DNA of 64,000 nt from Azolla caroliniana (Eukaryota; Plantae; Polypodiophyta): NCBI GenBank assembly GCA_043228905.1, contig JBHGNT010000018.1, positions 2,046,001-2,110,000 of the forward strand. Reading direction: 5' to 3'. Both the position numbers and the translations under genes were made by a program. Below are positions 48,701-61,895 of this stretch, piece after piece. Numbering within the stretch: the first letter of the stretch is position 1; each line of letters begins with the position of its first letter. The notes under the pieces were generated by a model that ran no database searches, was not told the origin of the DNA, and was given only the letters and a program-made list of their open reading frames with translations.

Positions 48701-51700
48701 ACAAATATTGTATAGTCGAAACATATGTGGGCCTATGCCCGAGCGATCACTAGGAGACTCTTGGTACTTCATCACTTTTGTCGATGATTATAAATGGAAG
48801 GTCTGGGCCTATTCAATTAGGTCCAAAGACGAAGTGTTCGAGATCTTCGCTCAATGGTTAGTCAAAGTGGAGAACCGATCGGGATACTGAGTGAAGATGC
48901 TCCGATTCGATAGCGGAGATGAATACACCTCCTGAGCCTTCAAATAGTACTGGTCTGACAATGGGATACGGTACCAGAAGACCGTTCCATACACACCCAT
49001 GCAGAAAGGATCAAACGAACGATCCAAGAAAGGGTGACGACAATGCTCCACCAAGCCAGACTAAAGCTGGAGTTCTGGGCCGAAGCATTGTAGACGGCTA
49101 TTTACCTGAAAAATCTATCATCGTCAAAAGTAGTAAGCCTCGAAATGCCACATGCACTATGGTCAGGCAAACAACTGACCTACGATAGGCTCTATATATT
49201 CGGATGCGAAGCCTATGCATTTATCCCTAGGAAGAAACGGACCAAGTTGGAACCCCATGCAACAAAATGCATATTTCTCGGTTATGGACTGTTGGGGAAT
49301 TCAACTATCGATTATGAGACCTAGAGAACTAGAAACGCATCTGGAGTATTGACATAGTCTTCAATAAAGACTCGATTTTCTCTGAGTGGAACCAGTAGAA
49401 AATAGTCGGCAAAAAGGTCTCTTTCGAGATCGATAGAGACATCGTAGAAAGACCAACCCACTGGGCTAAATCAAAGATTCGACAAACAGTTGAAATTGAC
49501 CAAGCCGACACCACACTTGCTGACTCCGACCCGGCAAGAGGCCCATTAGTTGAATTTGATTTGACTACAAGATTGACAAGTGCAGACAACGACAAAAGTC
49601 AAAATGACCAAGGGAAAGGCTACCCTGTGAATCAATCTCGAAACAGGGGAGGATGATTCAACATCACCGAAATCCTATTACAGGGGTGAGTCATCCCGAA
49701 GGACTCCTGGATGTGGTTCAAGAAATACCGATTGGCCAATTGAGTTGACTGAAGAAATCAAACCGATCAATCGGCACCCAAGAGATCCAGACGAGTTCGA
49801 AGGCCGATAGAGTTCTACAAACCAAGCCTAGACTACGTCAACTACACTGATGCAAGCGAACCGAGATCCTTTGAAGAAGCCATAGCCGCCCCGAACACTG
49901 ACACATGACTACAAGCCATGAAATCTTAGTTGGACTCAATCAAAGAGAACAACACATGGGAGTTGGTCGAACTACCAGCGAGAAGAAAATCGCTACCGTG
50001 CAAATGGGTCTTCAGATAAAAATATGTATCCGGTTTGGAGAAGCCCAAATACAAAGCTCGACTCATTGCAAAGGGATTCAAACAAAAACATGTGGTCAAC
50101 TACGACGAAATATTCTCGCAAGTAGCCAAGATGACCATCCTTTGGCTCCTCCTCGGGGTCGTGTTGATTGAAGACCTAGAACTTGAGTAGCTAGACGTCA
50201 AGAAGGCTTTCCTGCATGGAGACTTGGAAGAAGACATCTATATGTCTCAACCAGCAGGCTTCATGACAACGGGGGAGGAAGGTCACCTCATATGTCGATT
50301 AAAGAAAAGCCTTTTCGGCTTAAAACAAGCACCAAGGACGTGGTACCAGAAGTTTGAATCCTACATCCGATTGCTCGAAAATAGTTGGTCCAACTCCGAC
50401 CATGTCTATATACTCGGCAACTGGATCTATTTGATCCTATATGCGATGACATGCTTATTACAAGAAGCAATCAAGCCTAAATCGGAAAGCTAAAGCGGAG
50501 CCTTCACGACTAATTCTCGATGAAGGAACTCGAACAAGCCTCACACATAGTGGGCATGAGGATAGAGCGAAATCGGAAGACAAAGACTCTCCGACTCTCC
50601 CAATTCGACTACATGTCTGCCAGTACATGTCAAACCCAGGACACAAGCATTTTGAGGCCGTCAAGCACATATTCAGGTACCTAAGAGGGACCATGCATAG
50701 GTGACTTTCGGATCGGCAAACCCAACTCGAAGGCTATACCGACTCCGATTATGCCGGGAATCCGAATAATCAGAAGTCGACATCAGGTTACATCTTCACC
50801 TATGGTGGTGGTGCCATATCATGGAGGTTGAAGCTTCAAGAGTGCAAGACTCTATCTACCATAGAGGCTGAGTACATGGCAACCTCGGAGGCAACAAAGG
50901 AAGCGATCTAGTTGCCCCGACTGACTGTCGACTTCTCAGCTACAAGGTGAGTCACACCGACCATCTACTACGACTCATAGAGTGCAATACAACTCATCAA
51001 TAATCCTATCTATCATGTGAAGACAAAGCATATTAAGGTGTGGTATCATCACATCCGGGAGCTAGTAACCGAGAAAAAGCTCGAAGTTCGAAAGGTCGAC
51101 ACCGAGGTGAACATCGTTGATTGACTGACGAAGCTACTCCTAGATCAACGCTTTGGAGCACTGAGGACAAAGATGGGACTACAAGAAGCAACTAAGCAGA
51201 AGAAAGCTAAACACAGAGCAGAAGGTAAGTAAAAAACCGAGCAGATCAGATGAGTCGAAGAAGCAAATTCTACAAAGATGGATTACCGAGAGAAGGAAGA
51301 ATTTGCACTGAGCAAGGACACCGACGGGAGAAGAGACAATCGAGGGATGAACAAGTCAGAAGACGGACTGAGGATCTAGTAGAGAGCACAAGACGAGCAC
51401 GAGTGGAGAACAGACGATCAGGAAGAGGCCGAGAGTCGGAATTGGATATGAGCCAACCTAAATGAACAAGCCAACTCAAGTAGCAAGTCGACGTATATTG
51501 TCGATCTAACCGATTTTGACAAACCTACCCTGATTCGGAGAATCAGCCGAATTAGGCTGCAAACCGAATTTACCTCTATAACTTCGGTTACATGTAGACA
51601 ACCTGGCTTGCATATCTATAGCTATAGATTCAACTTGTAATTTAGGTTTACGGGGGAGATAACTCCAATCATTTCTATACATAAGAAAGAGTAGTCCTTT

Positions 51701-51996
51701 TACAAGGGAGTTTGTTGGCATAAAAGGCCAACTCCTTCCACTTTGTATCCATACAAGTGTGAACACGTCTAAATAGTTAGGGAGAGAGTTACCTAACTTT
51801 GTAATGATGATGATCAATCTTGAGTCTTGTAGAGAGAGAGTTATAGAGAAATAGAGAATCTCCATTGAAGGTCTAATTGTGTTTACTACGTCTATCTTCT
51901 TCTTCTTCTTATCACCACATCGTTGTGTTTTTTGTTGTGCATAGAAAGAAAGGTCCTCATACACACACTTCCGAGCATATATTTGAACATACATCA
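48701..51996 (+). mobile_element. Old Copia 3' part (integrase-RT-RH, probable 3' LTR 51713-51996)
   Basis: YFITFVDDY, KARLIAKGF, LFGLKQAPRTW, DSDYAG, KTKHI in broken frames. LTR bounds TGTTGG..CATCA are inferred without a partner. Confidence 0.8.
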
Positions 51997-52111
51997 ATAG
52001 TCAGGTACTTCAATGCTCATAACTGAGCTACTGACACTAACTACTAGGAATAAAACTTCCTATTAACCTAGGATGGTAGGCCTCTAATGGTTTACCGGCT
52101 TCGCACGGATT

Positions 52112-55100
52112 TGTCAGGAATAGTACTAAGACAGAGAAGGAATTAGTACTAAAAGAAGTATTAGTACTAAGAGAGGTGAAGAACTCTCGAGAGAAGGAAA
52201 GAGTAAGTGAGAGGGAGGGAGAGAGAGAGTGATGATAAGAAAAGATATATATTATGTGAAGAAAATGTACAGTAGCTAGGAGGCTTAAGACTGGCGTTGA
52301 ACCGATTTGGTTCGAAATAATGCCTTGCGCCTCCTTTTATAGTGGTCTAAGGAATACTCCTGAAGTTTCTAGAATGTTCCAGAGAAATCTGGAATATACA
52401 TCAATTTCCTATAATAAAACATTAATGAAAATAATATTCTACGTATTACAATGTATGGTCTAATGGTCAAGAGCTCGACCCATGTAGCATAAGGTCAGGG
52501 GTTCGAGTCTTGCCCTATCATGACACTATCCCCCCTTTAAAACGATGAGTGTAACGAGTCGTTTTGGATTGAGGACCTGGTTTGTCTGGATATTGACGAT
52601 GGAAGTCTTCAAGAAGAGCACGAGCATTGGTGACATTCTCTATTGGTTCCCAAGTACGCTAGCTGGGACTATATCCTAGCCAATCGACTAGATAGTAGAG
52701 GTTGTTGCGAAAAAGCTTGGAATCAACAATGGCAGCAACCTCGTACTAAGGTCCATCTTCAAGCTCGATCGGGGGTGGAGGCTGTGTAATACGTCCTGGA
52801 TGGTGCTCTCTTGATAGGGTTCGAGGAGAGAACTATGAAACACCGGATGTATCCGAAGTTTTGGAGGTAGATCGAGACGAAAAGCGACATCATTAATCTT
52901 TCCTATAATACGGAAAGGACCTAATCGCCGATAATCCAACTTCTCGCATAGGCGAGTAGTCTTGATGTGTTGTCGGAGTAGCCATACCCGATCTCCAATG
53001 TTAAAACTGAATGGGAGTCGATGACGATCCGCATAAACCTTGTGTGTTTGTTGAGCTTGTTGGAGATGAGTAGATAAATCCGCTTATATCTTGCATAACC
53101 GCTCCAAACGATCCTCCGCGCAAGGATTTGTAGACACCTCAGGGGTTTCAAGTACACGCCACCGAGGGTGACATCCCGTCTAAGCATAAAATGGCGTAAC
53201 TTTAGTCGATGCGTGGATAGAGTTATTATAGGCAAATTCGGCGAAGTGGAGAATATCTGCCCAGTCATCCTGATGATAGCTGAGAAAGCACCGCAGGTAC
53301 TGCTCCAACGTTTGATTTGTTCGTTCGGCTTGGCCGTCGGTTTGTGGATGGTAGCCGGAGGAGAGGTTACAAGTGACCTTGAGCATTTTAAAAAGGTGCT
53401 TCCAGAATTTTGACATGAACTGGGGTCCACGGTCGCTGATGATACTATCGAGAAGTCCATGATGCTGACATACTTCACGCATGACAATTTCGGCGGTGTC
53501 TTCACTGGAGATTTCCTTAGTACATGGCAAGAAATGAACCATCTTCGTATATTGATCTACCAATGTTAGAATCGCATTGAACCCTTTAGAGACTGGAAGA
53601 TCTGTGATGAAGTCTAGAGCAATGGATTGCCACGGCTTGCTTGGAATTGGTAATGGTTCTAATAAACCATATGGATGATGCCTTGGCATTTTCACTCTGC
53701 AGCATGTATCACAAGTCCGAACAAAATCTTCGACAAATTGTCGCATACAGGGCCACCAGAATGATCGTTGTACTAAATCTAATGTTTTAGTACTACCAAA
53801 ATGCCCAGTTCTATATGTGTCATGACAGTTTTGTACTACTCGAAGGCGGCAAGAACCATTCGGAACATAAAAAAGTTATTTAAAGAAGAGTAATCCATCA
53901 TGGTATTTGAATTGCTGATAGTCCGTATCTGGTGGTTGCGACTGTGAAAACGACGCTCGAGAGGGATCAATTTGTGCTAGTATAGCTTGGGCGAAAGCAT
54001 CTGTTTTCAGGTCCACACGTATGATATTGATAACGTGGGAATCCATGGGCATGCCAAAGACCTGTGTTGCTTGCAGTCGTGCCGGTCCCAAGATTACTTG
54101 CTTTTGGTTATCGAAAGCTGGCTCGCCGGGATGTTGTCGAGGTATTCCTCGCGGATGCATGGAATGAGGCGGGACCTCGGGGGTCTTGCACCGAAAAGCA
54201 AGAGAGAAAGGAGAAGGGAAGGGACCCACTACGTGCGAGCGTAGATTCACGGGGACACGGCCCTTCGACACAAAGACGCGAGTGGGACACCGGCACAGAG
54301 AGACACGAATGTATGTATATATATATTAACAAAGACAAACAACAAGAAGCACGAAGTCGGTTACAACTGAACAGGCCGGCGAACAGATGCCGATGCCTGT
54401 TCGTAAACGCATAGAAAGAAAGGAGTAGGTTGGAGGTGCTGCCGGAAGCACTCGGGCATTCCTCAGAGCAGCGCGAGCCTCCCGAAACCTGCGCAGAAAG
54501 AAGCTACGGAGTTTTGGAAGAGAGAGAAGCCTTCGGCCGACAACCCGACAACACTTCGTCCTCTCTATCCGTGATCCCTTTCTTCCTCCTCGTCTCCCTC
54601 CTTTTATAGGCAAGAAAGGAGCCGTTTCCCATTAACTTCCTACCTACCGAATCTACCTACCTAGGATCTCCTATGTACCTAATTCTCTCTTATGTACAAC
54701 ATAAGGCGTACGTGCATGAAGAGCCGGTTCCTATGCTCCGGTGCACCGATTCCGCTTGTGGACGGTTTTCTTCACGACAACGCGGTGCTAGGTACGAACG
54801 ACGTGATAATGCATCTGCTTTCCCTTGATGCTTCCCAGGTCGATATGTAATCTTGAAGTCAAAACATGTGAGAAAATGGGCCCACCGAGCTTGACGTTGA
54901 TTTAACACATGAGCTTCTTGAAAATAGGCGAGGTTTTTGTGGTCACTGAATACAGTGACTTGATGAGAAGATCCTTATAGAAAATGTCTCCATTGCATAA
55001 AAGAGTCCACTATAGCCAGTAGCTCTTTATCATGAATTTCGTAGTTGATTTCGGCGGTGTCAAACTTGCGTGAGTGAAAAGCCACAGGATGTAGCTTTTC

Positions 55101-58100
55101 ATCATTACCTCATTGTGATAGAATGCTCCCCAATGCAAAATCCGATGTGTCCGCTTCGATGATGAATGGTTTTTCTGGATCAACGTGAGCTAGAATCGGA
55201 GCCGATGTAAATGCCTGTTTAAGATTCTCAAAAGCCATGTCCGCTTCTTCAGACCAAACGAACAATTGTCCCTTCCTAGTAAGTTGTGTAAGAGGCAAAA
55301 CAAGCTTTGAGTAATCCTTTATAAACCTCCGGTAAAAATTGGCAAAGCCTAGAAAGCATTGCACATCCCGCACCGAATGCGGAGTCTGCCATTCTACCAC
55401 CGTTTTGACCTTAGCTGGGTCCATGGAGGTGCCTTCTGAGGAAATGACATAGCCGAGAAATTCCACCTAGTTGCACCCGAAACTACATTTTTCCAGCTCT
55501 GCATAAAGACCATGTTCTCGAAGTCATTTTAATACTAACAGTACATGAGAATCATGCTCTTCTTGGGTCTTTGAGTAAACTAGTAGATCATCCAAATAGA
55601 TGATTAGACACACATCCAAGAGATCTCGGAAAATATCATTTGCCATGTGCTGGAAGACTGCTGGCGCATTAGTGAGGCCGAACGGCATGACCGTATACTC
55701 GAAGTGCCCATATCAGGTGCGGAACGCGGTCTTCCATTCATCTCCTGGTCGGATCCGTATGAGGTTATAGGCTCCCCATAAGTCAATCTTCGTGAAGAAC
55801 TTGGCACCATTGATCCGTTCTAAAAGACTTGAGATAAGGGGGAGTGCATACCTATTTCGGATTGTAACCTTATTCAAGCCACGGTAATCTACAACGAGCC
55901 GAAGTGAGCCATCCTTTTTCTTGACGAAGAAAATGGGTGCGCCGGCTGGAGATTTCGAATGTCGTATGAAACCATTCTCCAAATTTTCCTCTATATAGGC
56001 TCAAAGGACTTCCAGTTCGGTTGGTGACAAATTGTAGATCGGTCCCCATGGTGGCTCTTTCACCGGTTGTAAATCGATGGGGCAATCATATGGTCGATGG
56101 TGAGGAAGTGTATTGGCTTGTACTTTATCAAACACATCGGCATAATGACGATACTTCTCTGGAAGTTGAACGGTGGATTCCTCTTTAGTGGTGCTGGAGG
56201 GTTTTATTGATATTGTGAAGAGGAACATTTCTTCCTTGAGTCCTTCCTCACGCAACTGATGTAGTGAAATCGTTGCAATCTCATGAGTAGACCCTCGGGC
56301 TTTTCGATGCCGGATTTCTCTTGTCCGCCAATCTATGTCTGGGTTATGTAATTCGAACCATGGTAATCCTAAAACAATGGGGTGTTGTGGGATGTTAATT
56401 ATATTAAATGATACGACACATGCTAGATTATCTAGGACAATATTAACGGGCTCTAACTCTTCTATGATATTTCCTGAGGCAATGGGACGACCATCGATGA
56501 CTACTACAGAGGCATGACACGAGAGTTTTCTGAGAGATATTTGATGAGCTTGGGCAAATTTCCTATCCATGAAGCAAGAATTAGCTCCAGAATCTAGAAG
56601 TGTTAAGACATGTACTGGAGGAGTACTTTTAGTACTAACTGTTCCTTGGGCTACGAACACATTGCTAACTTGCTTAGAGTGAATGGAACCACTAATGGGC
56701 TGCACAAATCTAGGGCTGTCCAACCAAACGGCTCCTATTTTGGCTGGACTTAGTCGTTTAACTCTTCTTCTAACTGACTAAGGACATCAAATTTGTTTGC
56801 TAGATTTGGGCTATTAGTACTATTAGGACTATCAGATATCCTTGTTGAAATAGACTCGGATTTAGTACAATCAAAACTAGCAACTATTTGGTTTACCTGC
56901 CTTCTTGGCCTATGGGGACAGTTTACCGCGATATGCCCTGGTCCACCGCAATAAAGACATAATCGGTTTGCTCGGCGTCGTTGCGTTTCTTCTTCTGATA
57001 GCGGTCCACGACGACGTGTGGTGTCAATTTCCATCAGAGTTGGAGTACTTACTGGAGGCGCATTATATGACTCCCTCGGAAAAGGTTTCGCTACCACTGA
57101 GGCGTAGGTAGGCTCTGATCTTGCCCTCGGAATCTGGAATTGTCGTTCCAAATGTCGTTCGAAGAGGCGGTTGTCGCCTCTCACCACGTGACTAATTGCT
57201 TCTGTTAATGACTTTGGCTCTTCGGGGAAGGTCAAGAGTAAATCCTTGACATCGTTGTGTAAGCCATAACGGAATTGCTCCATCAATGTGTGATCATCCC
57301 AAGGGATATTGGCAGCGAGTAGGCGGAAATCTGTAGCGTATGCGGAAGCTGGACAATCACCTTGGCGTAATCGCCGGATTTTGTTGATTGCAGTCCTTAT
57401 GCTGTTAGTATCTCCAAAACAGGCCTTAAACTCACTTGTAAATTCTTCAAAATTGTTTAGTAATGGAGAATCCTTTTCCAACAATGGAGCAAACCATGCT
57501 AACGTTGAGCCACTAAGGAGAGGGCCTACTAGTCCCACTCGTGATGCATCGGTGGGATATCGAGAAGGATGCATTTGTATCACTAAACGTACCTGATTCA
57601 AAAACCCTCTAAACTGTGATCGGGTCCCATCAAATTTTGCAGGAAGACCGATCTTGGGTTCTTTGTGAATCCCTTGAGTGCTTGATCCTTGTTGTTGTAA
57701 TGATATGATAGTCGCTTCGAGTTGTTGTACACGTAACATCAGCTCCCCATGTTGTTGTTTTTCCAATGCTATTTGTTGAAGATCCCCCAACAAACGATGA
57801 TTTTCTTGTTCTAGTGCTACAAATTTCTCTTTTAAGCACTGGAGCTCCGAGAAAACAGATTGTAATCCTGAGCGCTAACAGTTTCCATTTTACTAGGGAG
57901 GATAAGAGGATTAATAAGAAGATAAAAGGAAGAGGAGGAAAGGAAGATACGGAAGGAAGATCGACCAACAGCAAGGAAAATCGGTTCAAACTGTCAGGAA
58001 CAATATTAAGATAGAGAAGGAATTAGTACTAAAAGAAGTATTAGTACTAAGAGAGGTGAAGAACTCTCAAGAGAAGGAAAGAGTAAGTGAGAGGGAGGGA

Positions 58101-58409
58101 GAGAGAGAGAGAGTGATGATAAGAAAAGATATATATTATGTGAAGAAAATGTACAGTAGCTAGGAGGCTTAAGACTGGCGTTGAACCGATTTGGTTCAAA
58201 ATAATGCCTTGTGCCTCCTTTTATAGTGGTCTAAGGAATACTCCTAAAGTTTCTAGAATGTTCCAGAGAAATCTGGAATATACATCAATTTCCTATAATA
58301 AAACATTAATGAAAATAATATTCTATGTATTACAATGTATGGTCTAATGGTCAAGAGCTCGATCCATGTAGCATAAGGTCATGGGTTCGAGTCTTGCCAT
58401 ATCATGACA
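52112..58409 (-). mobile_element. Full-length Tcn1-like chromoviral Gypsy (decayed ORFs)
   Basis: LTRs 52112-52525 and 57992-58409; TSD GGATT/GGATC; gag 56750-57830; protease, RT, RH, integrase (SDRG, QTDGQAER, GPF) and chromodomain about 52575-52745; PPT next to 52526. Confidence 0.95.
54135..54779 (-). mobile_element. Solo LTR of the Trp-primed Gypsy family inside Tcn1-like pol
   Basis: TGTCG..CGACA termini; starts like the 42225 LTR (TGTCGTGAAGAAAACCG); interrupts LAPR|PGEP; flanks ATGT/ACGC. Confidence 0.85.
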
Positions 58410-59390
58410 GGATCTGCTCACCGATCCAGCTCTCGATCCGATCTAGGCATAGCCAATCAGTCTTCACCCGATTCGGCTCTCGGCTTGTTCAGATGATCCA
58501 ACCCACGTTGACCTTGCTTGCTCAACACTCCCCCTCAAGCTCAACTTGAGGTCAGTTTGTCGTGTCAGCATTCGTTGTTCCTTGTCTCTAGCTCTTCTTA
58601 ACGTCTTCACAACTTGCTCTCACTCCTTGACCCATCCGGTCTCGTGGTCCACGACTCTTCTGGTCCAACATTCCTTGACCCCTCCTGTCCCATGCATCTT
58701 GACCTCCTCAGTTGCCTTGTCTGCTCATTAAGCCTTTCCCATGTCCCTTGCCATCGTGGCATCGGTGCCCCTCGACCCGTTTACACCTTCGTTTTGGTGT
58801 AGGCTTTGGCAGCCTCTCTGACCACTTAGTCTTCATGAAATTAGGCTGATCCGAATCAAACTACTCGACCGAATTGACTATCTTCGATTCATCCTCCTTC
58901 CTTAGGCCCTTAACCACGTTCGACTATGTCTTGGTTCTGGCCTTTTTCCTCCGATCAGCTCTATCCTTCTCCGGCTCTTCCGGATGTGTCGACTTCTTCA
59001 GTTGATTCAACATCTGCTTTTGCTTCCTCCTATTTCTCTCATGTTCTCCCCCTCAAGTGCGGCACATTGAGATGTTGTAACCCAAGCATCTCCGAAAAAT
59101 GTTGCAACTTGTCTGACCCAAGCAGCTTGGTGAAGATGTTGACCACTTGCTATTCGGTTCGAAAATACTAGAGTTCGACTTCACCACTCTGAACTCGCTC
59201 GCGCACAAAGTGATAATGAACTTCTATGTGCTTCGTGGGAGTGTGGAACCCAAGGTTCTTTGGGCAGCTATATGTTACTGATTTTGTCGCAATAGATTGG
59301 AATCAGAGTGGGAACTTCGACCCATAAGTCCTGCAACAGCCGTCAAAGCCATATAGCCTCACAAGTTGCGACGATGGTGTCTCTATACTT

Positions 59391-60056
59391 AGTTATAATG
59401 TTCATTGGTTTAGACGTGCTTATTTGGGGGCTATCATAATGTAATATCTAGGTCATCGGCTTTATTGGATTGAGCTAATGTGTGTCATTGGGTACCCCAC
59501 ACATGATTGGTCAGGTAGATGTCATTGCATGGCCTAGGTCATATAAATAGGGGATACTCCCCTTAGTCAAGGAGAGCCCCATGAGTGGTTCTGACGAAAC
59601 TCTCTTTGATGTGGACTAGTCATCTACCAAGGTCCTGACGTGGAGATCCTAACTGGTATGGGACAAATCGGGATTCCTCGTCTGTGCTATCAACTCTGGC
59701 GCAGGGGAGGATGGGTGGTAACGCGTTGTCGCATGTTTCCGCGGGTATGTGTTGAAACGGGCAAGACCACGGGGGTCTCAGACCAAGGAGTCAGAGGGAG
59801 TAAGAAGTGCAACCATGAATGTAGGCCGTGTCGGTTACCGGAAGCCGGGCAACGAGTGTGGGTACGTAGAGGTAACTGTGACACACAGTTCACAGGTAGA
59901 GTGGGAAACAGATATGTAGAAACAGAAATAGAGATGAAACCCCGAAATGAGGAGAGATAGACCACGACAATGGAAACGAATGGATTAAGGTAAGCAAAAT
60001 ACAACCGGGCTTGGCCATTAGCAGAGCCATACGCTCCTTGAAACACACCCCCACCT
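59391..60056 (-). mobile_element. Probable Gypsy 3' LTR fragment with PPT (unassigned family)
   Basis: On the minus strand, GGTGGGGG(TG) is followed by TGTTTCAAGG at about 60045, resembling the PPT at 1876-1887. No partner in the window. Confidence 0.45.
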
Positions 60057-60369
60057 TGTCATGATATAGCAAGATTCGAACCTATGACCTTATGTTACAC
60101 GGGTGGAGCTCTTGACCATTAGACTATATATTGCAATACAAAAAATATTATTTTCATTTAAGTTTTATTATAGAAAATAGATGTATATTCTAGATTTCTC
60201 TAGAACATTCTAGAAACTTCAGGAGTACGCCAGAGAACATTATAAAAGGAGGCACAAGGCATTATTTCAAACCAAATCAGTTCAACGCCAGTCGTAAGCC
60301 TGCTAGCTACTACTGCATATTCTCTTAAGATAATATATATCTTTTGTTATCATCACTCTCTCTCTCTCT
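60057..60369 (+). repeat. Truncated Tcn1-like LTR
   Basis: Matches 32792-33120 up to the (TC)n tract. Confidence 0.9.
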
Positions 60370-60418
60370 GTCCGAAGGGTTTTGACCTCCGAAGACTATC
60401 ATAATATAATCTATCTAT

Positions 60419-60497
<79 letters not shown>

Positions 60498-60655
60498 ACT
60501 TGTGATTGATCGTTTTTATTAGAACTATTTAGCTTAAAGCTCTATTTTTATTTTTATTTTTTATTTTCGATGGATGGGTAAATATCCCAATTTTTGTTGG
60601 GAACCATTTGTCTCATGGGCCAATTTTTGTCAAGATTGAGAGAGAGAGAGAGAGT
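60370..60655 (+). repeat. Microsatellite cluster (TCTA/TC/AC/GA) with short LINE 3'-UTR fragment(s)
   Basis: About 60520-60630 resembles the 3' UTR of the LINE at 20070-20200 (shared ..ACCA(A/T)TTGTCTCATGGGCCAA(A/T)TTT). Confidence 0.6.
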
Positions 60656-61895
60656 ATAATTGGCTCAAGTCATTGAATCTATTCTCATGGCATGGACTAC
60701 TAGGTTTACTTATGTTATTAGAAGTAACAATGGAGATTGAAGTAGTGTTGTGTTGTGCACTTACTTGGTATACTTGACATCTAGGTTTATACAGACAATT
60801 CACGGCTATATGTCCTAGACCCCCACAATATAGACATAAGCGGTGTGCTCGACGTCGTTGCTTCTCAGCATCCAATAAGGGCCCCCGACATTGTGTTGAC
60901 TCTATTTCCATTGGATTTGGGCCATCCCTCAGGATGGGTCTAGAAACTTGTGGAGGCATTGCGACTATAGAAGCTTACGTTTGTTCCAGTTGACGGCACA
61001 ACATTTGTTGGCGCTTCGAGCGTCGTTCAAATAGCCAATTATCACATCGCACAGCTCGACTAATTGCCTCTGTAAGAGATTTTGGATCTTCATGAAAGGT
61101 AACAAGAAGATCTTTGACATCATTACGAAAACCTTGAGGGAATTGATCCATTAGAGCCACCTCATCCCAAGGGATATCGCATGCCAAGAGACGGAAATTG
61201 GCTGCGTAAGCCGACGCGGGACAATCTCCTTGTAGGAGCCTTCGAATCTTGTTATTGACGTCCTAGTGTTGTCGGTATCTCCGAAGCTAGCTTGAAACTC
61301 CTTAACAAACACCTCAAAATCCTCCAACAATGGTGATTTCTTCTTGAGGAGTGGTGCAAATCATGCTAGTGTTATACTGCTTAGCAAGGTTCCTACTAAT
61401 CCCACATGAGCAACTTCCGTTGGGTATCGATTGGGATGTAACTAAATAACCAAACGTACTTGATTCCAAAAGCCTCAAAATAGAAACCTCGTACCATCAA
61501 ACTTAGTAGGGAGGCTAATCTTCGGTTCTTTGGGGTAGTTTTGAACCCCCGATGCTTGTTCTCGTAATGATAATATAGTGGCCTCAAGTTGGCGAACCCG
61601 TTGTGACAACTCTTCATATTGTTGCACGTTCTCGGTACTCACATGTTGTAGGTCCCCAAGTAGCCTTTGATTTTCTTGCTCTAGTGCCACAAATTTATTC
61701 GTGAGCATGTTGAGTTCAGAAAGGACGCGGATATATTCTTGTTTGCTCATGGACTCCATATCTTACGAGGGAAGAGGAAAAGAAAGAAGGAAACTTATTA
61801 AGGTTCTTGGAAGAGAAAGAAATGAGGGAGGAAAGAAAATTTTGGTTCAAACTGTCAAGACTAAGAGAGAGAGAGAGAGTATATTATAAAGATAA
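60656..61895 (-). mobile_element. Second Tcn1-like subfamily: LTR stub + degraded gag
   Basis: MESMSKQEY..EPKISLPTKFDGTR, DIPWDE, CLYCGGLGHIAVNC; LTR edge at 61853 followed by GTTTGAACCAAAA. Confidence 0.85.

Larger units (their letters stand above)
51997..59390 (-). mobile_element. Copia (A/B lineage) RNase H + extension + 3' LTR, with the LTR split by the full-length Tcn1-like element
   Basis: RH end TKHIEVHYHFVRERV..HLRG near 59050-59240; PPT next to 58528; LTR halves 58410-58527 and 51997-52111 join into the LTR type seen at 31306. Confidence 0.85.

Noticed and set aside
52450-52520. tRNA gene
   Set aside because: Only the A and B boxes match. Acceptor and T stems do not pair convincingly and the sequence is an integral part of an LTR.
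59570-59610. Hammerhead-ribozyme-like GAGAG..CCATGAG..CGAAACTCTC
   Set aside because: The core lacks CUGANGA (it reads CCCATGA), and no stem I or NUH cleavage triplet could be assembled.
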